A stretch of 64,000 bases of DNA from Candidatus Aenigmatarchaeota archaeon (GTDB taxonomy: Archaea; Aenigmatarchaeota; Aenigmatarchaeia; CG10238-14; SCSR01). Location of the stretch: positions 1 to 64,000 of the forward strand of contig JAWBWS010000002.1 in NCBI GenBank assembly GCA_038999725.1, read 5' to 3'. Of this stretch, positions 9,230 to 19,493 are shown one piece after another; position 1 is the first letter of the stretch, and every line of letters begins with the position of its first letter. The notes under the pieces are model-generated. The model ran no database searches. It was not told where the DNA came from and worked only from the letters and a program-made list of their open reading frames with translations. The position numbers and the translations under genes were made by a program.

Positions 9230-9504
9230 CCTAACTCTTTTACTTCTTCCCTCCCCTTCTTTAGCTCTTCTTCTTGTTCTTTATCCATTTCCAAAAGCAA
9301 AGCTTGAAACTCATCAACATGTGTTTTCTCTTCTTTTGCTATGCCCAACAAAACTTTCTTCAATTTTTCATTTTTTGTGGTGGTTGCTAGTTGTTCGTAT
9401 AAGTTAATGGCATCAAGTTCTGCCATCATACCTACTCTAGCTATTTCTTTGTCTATTTCTTCTTTCTTCAACTTCTCGAGTTTAAAAGGAATTTGGGAAA
9501 GCAT
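9226..9504 (-). CDS. Short ferritin-like / rubrerythrin-family protein
   Basis: ELDAINLYEQ and EEKTH di-iron half motifs in 92 aa. Confidence 0.85.
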   Translation of the reverse strand: MLSQIPFKLEKLKKEEIDKEIARVGMMAELDAINLYEQLATTTKNEKLKKVLLGIAKEEKTHVDEFQALLLEMDKEQEEELKKGREEVKELG

Positions 9505-9527
9505 TTTTCACCTCAAATTAATTTTCT

Positions 9528-9752
9528 TTGCTTTACAATCGCTTATCCGGTTTAACAAAACCAAAAAGTGTGAAAGAATTTGCCATAATAAATAATTTAA
9601 ATTATTTTACGGCCCTTTCTTATCTTCTACATAATAGGAAAAGAAGGTTTATAAAGAAGACAGGAGTAAAATACGTAATAAGTAAGAAAGGGAAAGATTT
9701 TATTAATTTTTATGAGAACGTATTAAAATCATCATCCCTTCATCACGGCTAG
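9528..9752 (+). CDS. Possible small winged-helix protein
   Basis: KYVISKKGKDF resembles the wing motif of archaeal wHTH proteins; start uncertain. Confidence 0.4.
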   Translation: MLYNRLSGLTKPKSVKEFAIINNLNYFTALSYLLHNRKRRFIKKTGVKYVISKKGKDFINFYENVLKSSSLHHG

Positions 9753-11189
9753 AGGATATAACTCTGCGACACGTCTGCTTATACCAGACTCCTCTATCGC
9801 TCTAACAACTTCCACCGAAAATTTGTATGCCTCTGGCCTTTCTTCAGCTAAGACCTTCAAGCTAGCCGCCTTAGCCAAAATGCCTTTTTGCATAAGTTGC
9901 TTTAATACTTCTTCTCCCCTTATCTGCTTTAATGCTCTTGCCCGTGATTCTACTCTTCCAGACCCATGAACTGTAGAATAAAAAGTTTCTATTGCTTTTT
10001 CTGTTCCTACTAACACGAAGCTGGGGGTAGACATTGAAGCGGCTACCAACACAGGCTGCCCTACTTTCCTATACTCTATTGGAAGGTCTGGATGTCCTGG
10101 TGGAAAACAACGTGTACTGCCTTTTCTATGTACATAAACCTTCTTTTTTTCTCCTTCTATTTCATACTCCTCTATCTTTGCTGTATTGTGGGTAACATCG
10201 TAAATCACTTCCAAACCAATATCCTCCAATTTCGTACCCAAAACCTTAACAAAACTTTCTCTTACCCAATGTGTGATCATGCTTCTATTGCACCATGCAT
10301 AATTCATAGCACAAGCCATAGCTGAGAAATAATCTTCACATTCTTGAGTCCCAGCAGGAGCATAAACCAGCTCACGATCAGGAAGCTTTCTTAGCTCATC
10401 TCTAAACCTTGATTCTAAAATTCTTAAATAATCTGTACAAACTTGATGACCAAAACCTCTTGATCCTGTATGAATCATTACACATACTTGACCTTCTCTT
10501 TCAATTCCAAAAACTTTCGCAATCTCTGGTAAAAATATTTTATTCACAACTTGGATTTCAAGAAAATGATTTCCTGCTCCTAAGGTTCCAAGCTGAGGAG
10601 CACCTCTTTTTTTAGCTTCGTTAGAAACTTTTTCTGGATTTGCACCTTTCATGCAACCTTGTTCTTCCAAATGCTCCAAATCCTTTTCAGTTCCATAACC
10701 TTTTTCAACAGCCCATCTTGCTCCATTGACTAAGACTTCATCCAGCTCAGAAAAGCTTAGCTTAATTTTTCCAACCTCACCAACACCAGAAGGAACATTT
10801 TGGAAAATTGATTCTAGCAACTCCTTAAGTTTTGGTTTTATTTGCTCTACCGTAAGGTTTGTTCTAAGCAAACGCACGCCACAATTGATATCAAAGCCTA
10901 TTCCACCTGGACTCAAACCACCTTCCTCATAATCTAGAGCAGCGACCCCTCCTATTGGAAAACCATATCCAAAATGCATATCGGGGAGTGCAATGCTGTG
11001 TTTGTAAATCCCTGGTAGAAAAGCGACATTAGCTGCTTGCTCTATTGCTCCTTCTTCTACTTCTTTCAAAAGTTTTTCAGACAAGAAAAGCCATGCTGGT
11101 ACTTTCATCCCTGGCTTTGCTTCTTTTGGCAATTCCCATAGGCAAGGGCCAATCTTTTTCAGTTTATTTTTTAGTGTTATTTTTATCAC
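9732..11189 (-). CDS. rtcB: tRNA-splicing ligase RtcB
   Basis: PDMHFGYGFPIG, GFDINCG, GNHF, HTGSRG, HN, HGSGR; likely GTG start at 11189 rather than 11231. Confidence 0.95.
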   Translation of the reverse strand: MIKITLKNKLKKIGPCLWELPKEAKPGMKVPAWLFLSEKLLKEVEEGAIEQAANVAFLPGIYKHSIALPDMHFGYGFPIGGVAALDYEEGGLSPGGIGFDINCGVRLLRTNLTVEQIKPKLKELLESIFQNVPSGVGEVGKIKLSFSELDEVLVNGARWAVEKGYGTEKDLEHLEEQGCMKGANPEKVSNEAKKRGAPQLGTLGAGNHFLEIQVVNKIFLPEIAKVFGIEREGQVCVMIHTGSRGFGHQVCTDYLRILESRFRDELRKLPDRELVYAPAGTQECEDYFSAMACAMNYAWCNRSMITHWVRESFVKVLGTKLEDIGLEVIYDVTHNTAKIEEYEIEGEKKKVYVHRKGSTRCFPPGHPDLPIEYRKVGQPVLVAASMSTPSFVLVGTEKAIETFYSTVHGSGRVESRARALKQIRGEEVLKQLMQKGILAKAASLKVLAEERPEAYKFSVEVVRAIEESGISRRVAELYPLAVMKG

Positions 11190-11352
11190 CTTTTTATAAT
11201 TTTTCTTTTTCTTCTTTAATATATACGACATTTGCTCTCTTCATATTCATGCCAGCAATAAAAGGCTTCCACCAGTTATTTTTATTCAAAGAGTAAATTT
11301 CATCTTTCCTCTTCAGCTTTTATATTTAAATTTCCATTAGAATCTTAAATTT

Positions 11353-12420
11353 ATGGTAGTTAAGCCAGAAGACTATTTGCTTTTGATGTTCTCGATGAAA
11401 GGTGTTAACAAAAGAGTTGATTTCGCTCATGTGAAGGAAAAGCTTTCTCGTGACATGAAAATTTCTTCTGATAAAGAAATTCAAAAGATTTTGAACAATC
11501 TAATTCAAAAAGGTTTTTTGGAACAAGTTAGAGGTTTATATGGGATAACTGAAAGGGGGAAAGAATATTTTGCTGATTTGCTGCCAAATATTGAGACAGA
11601 GTTAAGAAAAGTTAATGAGCCTTGGGTTATAGTTTATAAGGCCAAACAATATTATCCAACCGTTGCCGAAACTGTGTTTGAATTTTGTAAAGATAGATAC
11701 ATAGGATTTTATGCATTGTTTACTGAAAAAAGGTTTTTTAGGAGAGATTTTAGAGGTAAAAAAATAGTTTTAAATTCTCCCAAGGACTTGCTTTTCTTCA
11801 TTAACATTCATTATATCGATGTTATTCCCTGTGTTCATAAAATTGGAGTTAATAGACCAGATTGGCTTGTTGTCGACATTGATCCAGGACCAAAAGTTTC
11901 ATGGGAAACAACTAAAGAAGTAGCAGAAATAACCTATAAGATTTTTGAAAAATTGGACTTAAACCCAGCTATGAAATTTTCAGGGTCAAGAGGTTTTCAA
12001 GTTTGGAGCTTGATAAAGGATTTTGAAATCCCAGAATATTATCAACCTTTACCTTTAAGAGGGAAAACTAAAAGGGAAAGAAATTATTTCACCCTATTCT
12101 CTGATTTTGTCAGGCTGATTCAAAAAGAGGTTGATAAAGAAATTCCAAAGATAACAACTTCTGAAACTTTAGCAAAGAAAGAGAGGGAAGATAAGATTTT
12201 GTTGGATCCATCGAGCATGAAACCTCTTGGCCTGGTGAGAAGCCCTTATGGTATGCATTCGAAGACCGGTTTAATTTCTCTTCCTTTGTCATTGAAAGAA
12301 TTGAAAGGGTTTGAACCTGAAGATGCTGTTGTGGAGAAAGTTTTGGAAAGATTTAAAAAAAGAGGTAATGAATTCTCGCTTGAAGAAGCTAATCCATCAA
12401 AAATATTGGAACTTCTTTAA
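11353..12420 (+). CDS. LigD-type primase-polymerase (AEP) domain with N-terminal winged helix
   Basis: PDWLVVDIDP (motif I), FSGSRGFQV (II), ILLD (III), SPYG; N-terminal L..KG...YGITERGKE wHTH. Confidence 0.85.
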   Translation: MVVKPEDYLLLMFSMKGVNKRVDFAHVKEKLSRDMKISSDKEIQKILNNLIQKGFLEQVRGLYGITERGKEYFADLLPNIETELRKVNEPWVIVYKAKQYYPTVAETVFEFCKDRYIGFYALFTEKRFFRRDFRGKKIVLNSPKDLLFFINIHYIDVIPCVHKIGVNRPDWLVVDIDPGPKVSWETTKEVAEITYKIFEKLDLNPAMKFSGSRGFQVWSLIKDFEIPEYYQPLPLRGKTKRERNYFTLFSDFVRLIQKEVDKEIPKITTSETLAKKEREDKILLDPSSMKPLGLVRSPYGMHSKTGLISLPLSLKELKGFEPEDAVVEKVLERFKKRGNEFSLEEANPSKILELL

Positions 12421-12459
12421 ACTTAATATTTTCCAAACTCTAACTATTTGTTAGAGAAC

Positions 12460-12744
12460 ATGCCAATAAGTGCTGCACCTTACAGAAGAAAGTATGCCCA
12501 CACAAAATCAAGGGGGAGAGAATCAACAGTTACATGTGGCGTTTGTGGAAGACAGGTACCAAGGTACAAGACTTTTGTTGTGAGAAAAGGGTTTAGAATT
12601 ACAGATCCCACAATTCTCCAGCAAGTGGACAAAAGATTCATCCACACCATAACCAAAACTATAAGGGTGTGTCCAGCTTGCGCAAGATTTCATGGGATAG
12701 TTGAACCTGGAAAAAGTGTGAGGAAAAAACATTTCCCAAGATGA
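12460..12744 (+). CDS. rps26e: 30S ribosomal protein eS26
   Basis: RGR...VTCGVCGRQVPRYK and VCPACARFHGIV zinc-ribbon pattern. Confidence 0.85.
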   Translation: MPISAAPYRRKYAHTKSRGRESTVTCGVCGRQVPRYKTFVVRKGFRITDPTILQQVDKRFIHTITKTIRVCPACARFHGIVEPGKSVRKKHFPR

Positions 12745-12747
12745 AGC

Positions 12748-14514
12748 ATGATTAAGAAAATTTTGAGCATGAGAGGAATTTTGTATAGGAAAATTAGGGG
12801 AGTTGGGAGAAGGAGGGAAGAAGAATCAATTCTTAATGAAATCTTACCCGGATTTGGTGTGATGAAACCTAAGAGGATAGTCGAATTTCCCGATGTAACC
12901 GAAATGACAAAAATTAATGTGATTTATCCTTTAATTGAGCCTTTTGCTTATGCACAAATCAAATGGAATATTGAAGGTAAGGAGTTGATTTACAATGTGT
13001 TGGAACCAAAACTAAGTGAAAAAGAAGAAGAAATCCTTAAGAAGATTTCTGAAGGTTTGATGGAACTCATTGACGTTGAACTTTCGAGTATCAAGCAACC
13101 CTCAAAGCTCATAGAATATTTGGAAAAAAATGTCATAAAAGTGATAAAAGAGTTAGGAATAAAACTTGCTCAAGAGCAATACACTAAGATAATGTACTAC
13201 ATTTACAGAAACTTTGTAGGCTTGAATGAAATTGAGCCATTCATGCAAGACCCAAATATAGAAGATATAAGCTGCGATGGTGTGAATATACCATTTTATG
13301 TTGTCCATAGAAAGTATGGCTCTCTCAAGACCAATGTTGTTTTTAAAGATTTGGAAAGATTAAGAGAGCTTATTGTCAAGCTTGCACAAAGATGTGGAAG
13401 ATATGTAAGCTATGCAGAACCCATTCTTGACGGAACTTTACCAGATGGTTCGAGAGTTGCAGCAACATTAGCTCATGATGTTGCAACTCGTGGACCAGTG
13501 ATAACAATAAGAAAATTTGGTGAAAAACCTTTTTCACCTATTGATCAGATTGAGTCCAAAACAGCTTCCCCCTCTCTCTTAGCGTATTTCTGGTATCTTA
13601 TGGAGCATGGTATCTCGGCACTTATCATAGGTGGGGTTGCCACGGGTAAAACCAGCTTTCTAAACACATTGTGCATGTTCATCCCACCAGAAGCAAAGAT
13701 AGTAAGCATAGAGGACACAAGAGAACTTAACATTCCCAACGAGCATTGGGTCCCTACCCTTGCAAGACCGGGTTTCGGTATACCAATGCCATCTGGTGAA
13801 AAATATGGTGGTGTGAGTCTTTTCGACTTGTTAAAAGAAAGTTTCAGACAAAATCCTGATTATGTGATCGTTGGGGAAACAAGAGGTGAAGAAGCTTACG
13901 TGATGTTCCAGGGAATAAGTTCAGGTCACCCCAGCCTGAGCACAATGCACGCAGGCTCTGTTGAAACTTTGATAAAAAGGTTGACTACACCACCAATAGA
14001 ACTTTCACCAACTTTGATTGAAGGTTTGGATGTTGTTGTGACGATGGTACATGCAAGAGAAAGGGGAAAGTCGGCAAGGAGGGTAAGAGAAGTTGTGGAA
14101 ATAGAATCAGTAGACCCTAAAACTGGAGAAGTGAAATATAGAACAATTTTTAGGTGGAACCCTGAGAGAGATGAACACGAGAAGGTTGGGGAAAGTATAA
14201 AAGTGGAGAAAGTGACTTTAGCAAAAGGTGGAAGTGTGGAAGAAGCTTGGAAAGAAATTAAAAGAAGAGAAAAAATCTTAGAGTGGATGAGAAGAAAGGG
14301 GATTAAAGATTATGTGGAAGTTGTTAAAATGATGAATCTTTATCGCAAAGATAAGAAGAAATTCTTTGAGATTGTGGGAAAAGAATTGGAAGAAATTAAA
14401 CCCGAAGAAACGAGAAAGCCAAGAGTTGAACCTTTGATAAAAGTTGAGAAAAGGGAAAGGAAAAGAATACCCTTATTACAAATCCTTGGGTTTAAAATCT
14501 TGAGGGAAAGGTGA
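12748..14514 (+). CDS. Type II/IV secretion (pilus assembly) ATPase
   Basis: DPNIEDIS, LPDGSR, Walker A GGVATGKT, SIEDTRE, RQNPDYVIVGETRG, GH..LSTMHA. Confidence 0.95.
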   Translation: MIKKILSMRGILYRKIRGVGRRREEESILNEILPGFGVMKPKRIVEFPDVTEMTKINVIYPLIEPFAYAQIKWNIEGKELIYNVLEPKLSEKEEEILKKISEGLMELIDVELSSIKQPSKLIEYLEKNVIKVIKELGIKLAQEQYTKIMYYIYRNFVGLNEIEPFMQDPNIEDISCDGVNIPFYVVHRKYGSLKTNVVFKDLERLRELIVKLAQRCGRYVSYAEPILDGTLPDGSRVAATLAHDVATRGPVITIRKFGEKPFSPIDQIESKTASPSLLAYFWYLMEHGISALIIGGVATGKTSFLNTLCMFIPPEAKIVSIEDTRELNIPNEHWVPTLARPGFGIPMPSGEKYGGVSLFDLLKESFRQNPDYVIVGETRGEEAYVMFQGISSGHPSLSTMHAGSVETLIKRLTTPPIELSPTLIEGLDVVVTMVHARERGKSARRVREVVEIESVDPKTGEVKYRTIFRWNPERDEHEKVGESIKVEKVTLAKGGSVEEAWKEIKRREKILEWMRRKGIKDYVEVVKMMNLYRKDKKKFFEIVGKELEEIKPEETRKPRVEPLIKVEKRERKRIPLLQILGFKILRER

Positions 14515-15389
14515 TGTTAGAATCTATTAAAGGTTTTTCGACCTCAAACTTTGGCTGGATTGTAGACAAATATCCAGAGTTTTTTTCTATTCTCAAGGAA
14601 AATCTGTCAAAGGCGGATATAAAAATCAGCCACAGAACTTATGCCAGTCTTGTAATCTTTTTTTCTTTAGTAACATTCATCTTAAGCTTTATAGTTTCTT
14701 TCGTAGCTTTGAGTATAATCCAACTTCAGATTCTTCTGAGGATACTTTATTCTTTTTTCTGTTCTTTTCTCATAGCTGTGGTTACTCTCATTGTTTTCAT
14801 TTTTTATCCCTCTCAGCGCGCCGAAAGGAGGAAAAAAGATATAGAAGCAAATTTACCCTTTGCTCTAACACATATGGGGGCAATAGCAGAATCCGGAATT
14901 CCACCATATGTTGTCTTCAGACTTCTCGCTAATTTCAAAGAATATGGTGAAATTTCGGGAGAGATGAGAAAAATAGTTAAGAATATTGATGAATTTGGCA
15001 TTGACCCGTTAACTGCTATTAAAGAGTGTGCAAATAGGTCGCCTAGTGATCAATTCAAGCAAGTTCTCCTAGGTTTTGCCACAACAATAGAAGCTGGTGG
15101 TAATGTAAAGACTTTCTTGAAGACTATGGGAGAACAAGCGCTCTTCGAGTGGAGAATGAAGAGAGAAAAGTTCATCCAACAACTAACCACAGTTGCAGAG
15201 TTTTACACAGGAATATTAATAGCTGCTCCTCTTTTCATTATTTCCTTGTTTGCTGTGATGAATATGATTCAACCCACTTTAGCTGGTTTTGAAATTTTTG
15301 ACTTAATGAAGCTTAGTATATACATTTTGGTCCCGGTAATCAACATAGGCTTTTTGTTATTCTTGAGTGGAATCGAGGTTCAAATATGA
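14511..15389 (+). CDS. Type II secretion system F / TadC membrane platform protein
   Basis: LPFAL..M...AESG, YGEIS.E, G.D..TA, SPS motifs with TM helices; coupled to ATPase. Confidence 0.9.
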   Translation: MMLESIKGFSTSNFGWIVDKYPEFFSILKENLSKADIKISHRTYASLVIFFSLVTFILSFIVSFVALSIIQLQILLRILYSFFCSFLIAVVTLIVFIFYPSQRAERRKKDIEANLPFALTHMGAIAESGIPPYVVFRLLANFKEYGEISGEMRKIVKNIDEFGIDPLTAIKECANRSPSDQFKQVLLGFATTIEAGGNVKTFLKTMGEQALFEWRMKREKFIQQLTTVAEFYTGILIAAPLFIISLFAVMNMIQPTLAGFEIFDLMKLSIYILVPVINIGFLLFLSGIEVQI

Positions 15390-16210
15390 AGATAGAAAAG
15401 AAGTATTTGCTGCTTATAGTTTTGAACGCTTTTGTTGTATTGGGAATAGTAGCCCTCAACTTTCTATTCTTGAGTGAAATTCCAAACATCTTTTCCACTA
15501 TCAACATCCTTGCTTGCATAATGTTTGTTATGCCAATAGTCCTGCTCGAATATTTGAACTATAGAAAACTTAAAATTATTGAAAATATGTTTCCCGCATT
15601 TCTCAGAGATTTTATAGAATTAACAAGAGGGGGGATGAATGTGGAACAAGCCATGAAAAATTTGAGGAAAAATGATTATAAGGAACTTAATCCCTATGTT
15701 AAGAAAATGGCAATACAACTTGATTGGGGTATACCTGTGGAGAGAGCTTTTGTCAATTTTGCTAAGGCAACGAAATCAAAAATGATACAAAGAACTATAT
15801 CTTCAGTAATTGAGAGTCACAGGTTTGGAGGTAATCTTACTGACACACTTGAAGCACTTGGTAATGCCAGCACGGAAATAGAGAGAATAAAAAGTGAAAG
15901 AGCGATGTACTTATATTCTCAAGTAACCACAGGCTACATAATATTCTTTGTTTTTCTAGGTGTGATGATTGCTATGGGTAGATTTTTGATACCAAGTCTG
16001 ATGAGTTTTAGTGTTGAGGGTGTCACACCTTCTGCACAAAGAGATTTGAGTGGCGAGTACAAGAACCTTTTCAGGAATTTGATATTGCTCCAGGGGGGAT
16101 TTGCAGGTTTAAGTGTAGGGAAGATGGCTGAGGGTAGGATTATAAGTGGTGTAAAGCATAGCTTGATTATGAGTATTGTTGGTCTAATCGTGTTTACATT
16201 TTTGGGCTAA
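15386..16210 (+). CDS. Second T2SSF / TadC platform protein
   Basis: FPAFLRD, QLDWGIP, GG.L.D.L, G.MAEG...SG.KH. Confidence 0.9.
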   Translation: MKIEKKYLLLIVLNAFVVLGIVALNFLFLSEIPNIFSTINILACIMFVMPIVLLEYLNYRKLKIIENMFPAFLRDFIELTRGGMNVEQAMKNLRKNDYKELNPYVKKMAIQLDWGIPVERAFVNFAKATKSKMIQRTISSVIESHRFGGNLTDTLEALGNASTEIERIKSERAMYLYSQVTTGYIIFFVFLGVMIAMGRFLIPSLMSFSVEGVTPSAQRDLSGEYKNLFRNLILLQGGFAGLSVGKMAEGRIISGVKHSLIMSIVGLIVFTFLG

Positions 16211-16680
16211 CAACTCAAAATTTCTGAAGCTTTTCGTTCATCTGATACCCTTTCTGTACAATTTGTGGAAACGCGAATAATGTTGTAATTTTCATTCGCA
16301 GAAACATTAAACATGTATTTTTCATTCGCAAACATAGTTAAATTACCACAGCAAGATGTTTCTGGTATAACAGCCCCACCGCCGAAAGAAAGGTAATACT
16401 TCTGAATTGATGCATTTGAATAAATGATTGTAAGGGCTATATTTCCAAGTGGTATTGTACCTATGTTGGTGATGTAGCCTGAAAGATAGTTATTCGAGTA
16501 GCAAACGTCTGAAAGAGAAATTCCCCCTCCACTGCAGACTATTTCTATATCTGCTTGCTGTTTTACAGTTTGTGTGGAAGTTCTTGTAAAACCAAAAATC
16601 CAAGTTCCAACTAAACCAGCAACGGCAACTGTTATTGCAATTAGGAGAATAGAAGCAACAAGGGGGGAAATTCCTTTCAT
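16207..16680 (-). CDS. Archaeal type IV pilin
   Basis: Class III signal peptide MKG|ISPLVASILLIAITV. Confidence 0.9.
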   Translation of the reverse strand: MKGISPLVASILLIAITVAVAGLVGTWIFGFTRTSTQTVKQQADIEIVCSGGGISLSDVCYSNNYLSGYITNIGTIPLGNIALTIIYSNASIQKYYLSFGGGAVIPETSCCGNLTMFANEKYMFNVSANENYNIIRVSTNCTERVSDERKASEILSC

Positions 16681-17112
16681 TTATCCACCGCAAACAGATT
16701 CTTTACTTAACTCAGGGCATGCTGAAGTTCCGATTATGAGTTTTGAAAATTCTTCAGCCGATATTTTAGTTGAGGAATTTGGGAGGGCAAAACTTTTGTA
16801 TTCACCCACCATAAGAGAATAGTTCAAACTTATTGTTGGTGTTACTGTGTTGTTTTTCAATACAATAAAGGCTGTAAGATCCGGAATCTCATATTGGCCT
16901 ATGTTTCTGAGTATGAAAGTGATTGTTCCTGTACTTTTATCCAAACTACAGTGGTATATTTCAAAATTAGAGAATCTACATTCTTCTGTCCTGTTGTATT
17001 TTGGTAAAGTTTGGGTGGTAAAACTTGAAACCCAAAAAGCCAATATACCTGCAACAGACATTGTTATTGCTATCAAAAGGACTGATGCCACTAGTGGGGA
17101 AATTCCTTTCAT
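16681..17112 (-). CDS. Archaeal type IV pilin
   Basis: Class III signal peptide MKG|ISPLVASVLLIAITM. Confidence 0.9.
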   Translation of the reverse strand: MKGISPLVASVLLIAITMSVAGILAFWVSSFTTQTLPKYNRTEECRFSNFEIYHCSLDKSTGTITFILRNIGQYEIPDLTAFIVLKNNTVTPTISLNYSLMVGEYKSFALPNSSTKISAEEFSKLIIGTSACPELSKESVCGG

Positions 17113-17167
17113 TAATCTAAATTTGAATTTTGGCTAATAAATATATTGCGATAACAAAATTTAATTA

Positions 17168-17755
17168 ATGAGAAAAGGTCAAGCTGAAGTTATAGAAAAT
17201 GTTTTCACAATTTTCTTTGGTATCATACTTTTAACTGCAATTTCTGTCATAGCTTATAACCTCTACACAAATCAACTCAAAACTGAAATTGAGAACAATC
17301 TTAAGCAATTAGCTCTTGAAATTTCAAACAACATCTTAAAACTTTATGAGAGTGGAAAAAATTCTAAGTATTCACCAATGCCAAATGAAATTGCTAAACT
17401 TGCTGAAATTAATTTAAATTTGCCACCTAGAATTTCTGGTAGAAATTATGAGATTTTTTTGATCTCTTCTAGCCCAATTTGGATTCAAATCTCAAGTCTA
17501 ACTATCGGTGGAATCTCGCCTGCTACTCAAATAATCACTTCTCCTGGTGCAAAGATTATCTTGAGAACAACACAATTTCCTGAAGTTGTGGTTGAGCAAG
17601 AAGTTCCAAATATCGATGTTTTGGTTCAAGGGAAGATTGAAAACGGTTTAAACAGCACCCTCCTTTACTACAGATCCAATCTTGATAATAGAATAAAAGA
17701 TTTCATAACACTTGGCGAACAAGAAATAATTGTAGATATTTTAAGGGTGGGTTGA
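17168..17755 (+). CDS. Pilin-like protein (minor pilin)
   Basis: MRKG|Q...E followed by hydrophobic helix. Confidence 0.75.
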   Translation: MRKGQAEVIENVFTIFFGIILLTAISVIAYNLYTNQLKTEIENNLKQLALEISNNILKLYESGKNSKYSPMPNEIAKLAEINLNLPPRISGRNYEIFLISSSPIWIQISSLTIGGISPATQIITSPGAKIILRTTQFPEVVVEQEVPNIDVLVQGKIENGLNSTLLYYRSNLDNRIKDFITLGEQEIIVDILRVG

Positions 17756-18447
17756 TGGCTTTCACCCATGTGGATTTTGCAATAGCTACTGGTCTTTTCT
17801 TTGTTTTCATTAGCATACTTTTTAGTTATATGATTAGTTACCTTGTTAACTATAGGAACATAGCCGAAAATTCTGAATTAAGAAGTATAGCCTCTGATTT
17901 TTTCAACAGTTTTTTTACTGGTGAGGGTATACCAAGCAATTGGGAGGAGAGTAATCTAACACCTGTAAAAATTGGATTGATGGACAAACTTTATGTGATT
18001 ATAATAAATGTGACGGAAACAAATGGCAGCTATAGAAATGATATAACTGTAAATGGAAGTGTAGATTTTGATCCAAATTGTGTAAGAAAAATTATGAATA
18101 ATACTGTGAGGTTATATGATGCAAACTCTCAAATTCCTTTCCAACTTTACAATCAAAGCTTTTGTGGGAACTTTCTTAAAAAAGGGGAAGTTGTGTTTAA
18201 GCTTAGCCTTGAGCCTTATCAATCCAAATTTTTCTTCTTGTATTTCTCATCTGAAAAAAATGTCTTGGCACCAACCTATTCGGTTGAATTCCCTGTAAAT
18301 GTGGGCAACTATACATTTCAGACTTACCCTATCCAAGAGCTTCAAGCTATTTCGGTGGATAAACTTCTTGCATTAAGAAATTTGAGCTATTCTAATGTTG
18401 TACAAACGATACCTAAGGGCTATGTATTTGAGGTGGAGATATCATGA
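17752..18447 (+). CDS. Pilin-like / membrane-anchored protein
   Basis: N-terminal DFAIA..LF hydrophobic helix, G.P.NW motif; overlapping operon with pilin-like genes. Confidence 0.65.
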   Translation: MMAFTHVDFAIATGLFFVFISILFSYMISYLVNYRNIAENSELRSIASDFFNSFFTGEGIPSNWEESNLTPVKIGLMDKLYVIIINVTETNGSYRNDITVNGSVDFDPNCVRKIMNNTVRLYDANSQIPFQLYNQSFCGNFLKKGEVVFKLSLEPYQSKFFFLYFSSEKNVLAPTYSVEFPVNVGNYTFQTYPIQELQAISVDKLLALRNLSYSNVVQTIPKGYVFEVEIS

Positions 18448-18827
18448 AAGGAATACTTAAAAGTTTTGAAGCTTTGGTTGCAATTCTTTTAGTTTTAACT
18501 GCTTACTTTGCACTCTTCACCGAAGAAAAGGTTCCAGATGTTGAAACTGTTATATGGAGGCTTAAAGGAATTGAAGCTTTGAAAGCATTGGATGATTCAA
18601 ATGAACTGGTAAATTATGTTTTGGCTAATGAAAGTGAAAAAATTGAAAGCAAACTAGGTAGAATTTTACCCATTGGTCTTGATTATAAAGTTGTGGTGTG
18701 CGACCAAACCTGTATTGAACCAAACATTTCCTCAGAAAAAATTGTTTCTGTTGGTTATTTTATTGGTGGAAATGCTACACATGTCGAACCCAGGGAAATT
18801 TGGCTTTATTTATGGCGAGGGAGATGA
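18444..18827 (+). CDS. Pilin-like protein
   Basis: MKG|ILKSFEALVAILLVL. Confidence 0.72.
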   Translation: MKGILKSFEALVAILLVLTAYFALFTEEKVPDVETVIWRLKGIEALKALDDSNELVNYVLANESEKIESKLGRILPIGLDYKVVVCDQTCIEPNISSEKIVSVGYFIGGNATHVEPREIWLYLWRGR

Positions 18828-19453
18828 AGGGGCAATTCTTCTTGATATCTGGAACTATACTCGTGTTAGTTCTTTTCTTGATAAAGAGCAGCCTAAATCT
18901 TTCTAGGATAATTGAAGATAGGCGCAACCTTGAGGTGAGTGTAGAAAGAAAGGAATTTTTGAATGTGAAAAATAGCCTTATCAAAACTGTGGAATATTCT
19001 TACAATAAAAACGAGAGTGAAAAGATTGAGAATTATCTGAAGTACGTGAGGGAGAGACTTAAAAGCAGAGCAATAGAGCTAAATGGAATAGCAGTTGAAT
19101 CTACCTATAAAAATGCTACAGCTTCTGTTGACTCTGACTTAAATGTTACTGTTTACAATTTCCTCGGTGAAACTATAACAAATTTAATATTAGATTTCAA
19201 TGGTAGCGTGGAGCAACATTACAATGTTGAAGACGGGAAAAGTGTTAAGAGTGGCTTTACATTCAACACAAATTCAGATTTCAACTACACTTTAAACGTG
19301 AATTACACCACCTCTAAAGAAAGCAAACAGTATAGAATTGTAATTCCTGTTGAGCTTGGGAAAAGTAAATTTATTGGCTTCTTTGACTTGAGGATGAAAA
19401 GTTTTAGAGTTGAAAATAGGGATGAGTTTTCAAAGATTGTAGAAACATTCTAA
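18824..19453 (+). CDS. Pilin-like protein
   Basis: MKG|QFFLI; start moved to ATG 18824 (ATGA overlap, GGAG SD). Confidence 0.72.
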   Translation: MKGQFFLISGTILVLVLFLIKSSLNLSRIIEDRRNLEVSVERKEFLNVKNSLIKTVEYSYNKNESEKIENYLKYVRERLKSRAIELNGIAVESTYKNATASVDSDLNVTVYNFLGETITNLILDFNGSVEQHYNVEDGKSVKSGFTFNTNSDFNYTLNVNYTTSKESKQYRIVIPVELGKSKFIGFFDLRMKSFRVENRDEFSKIVETF

Positions 19454-19493
19454 CAAGATAAGAAATAAACTTGAGTAAAACAATTTCTATTTG

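Noticed and set aside
9226..9504. Encapsulin system
   Set aside because: Ferritin-like cargo-type protein only; no shell gene or targeting tail visible.
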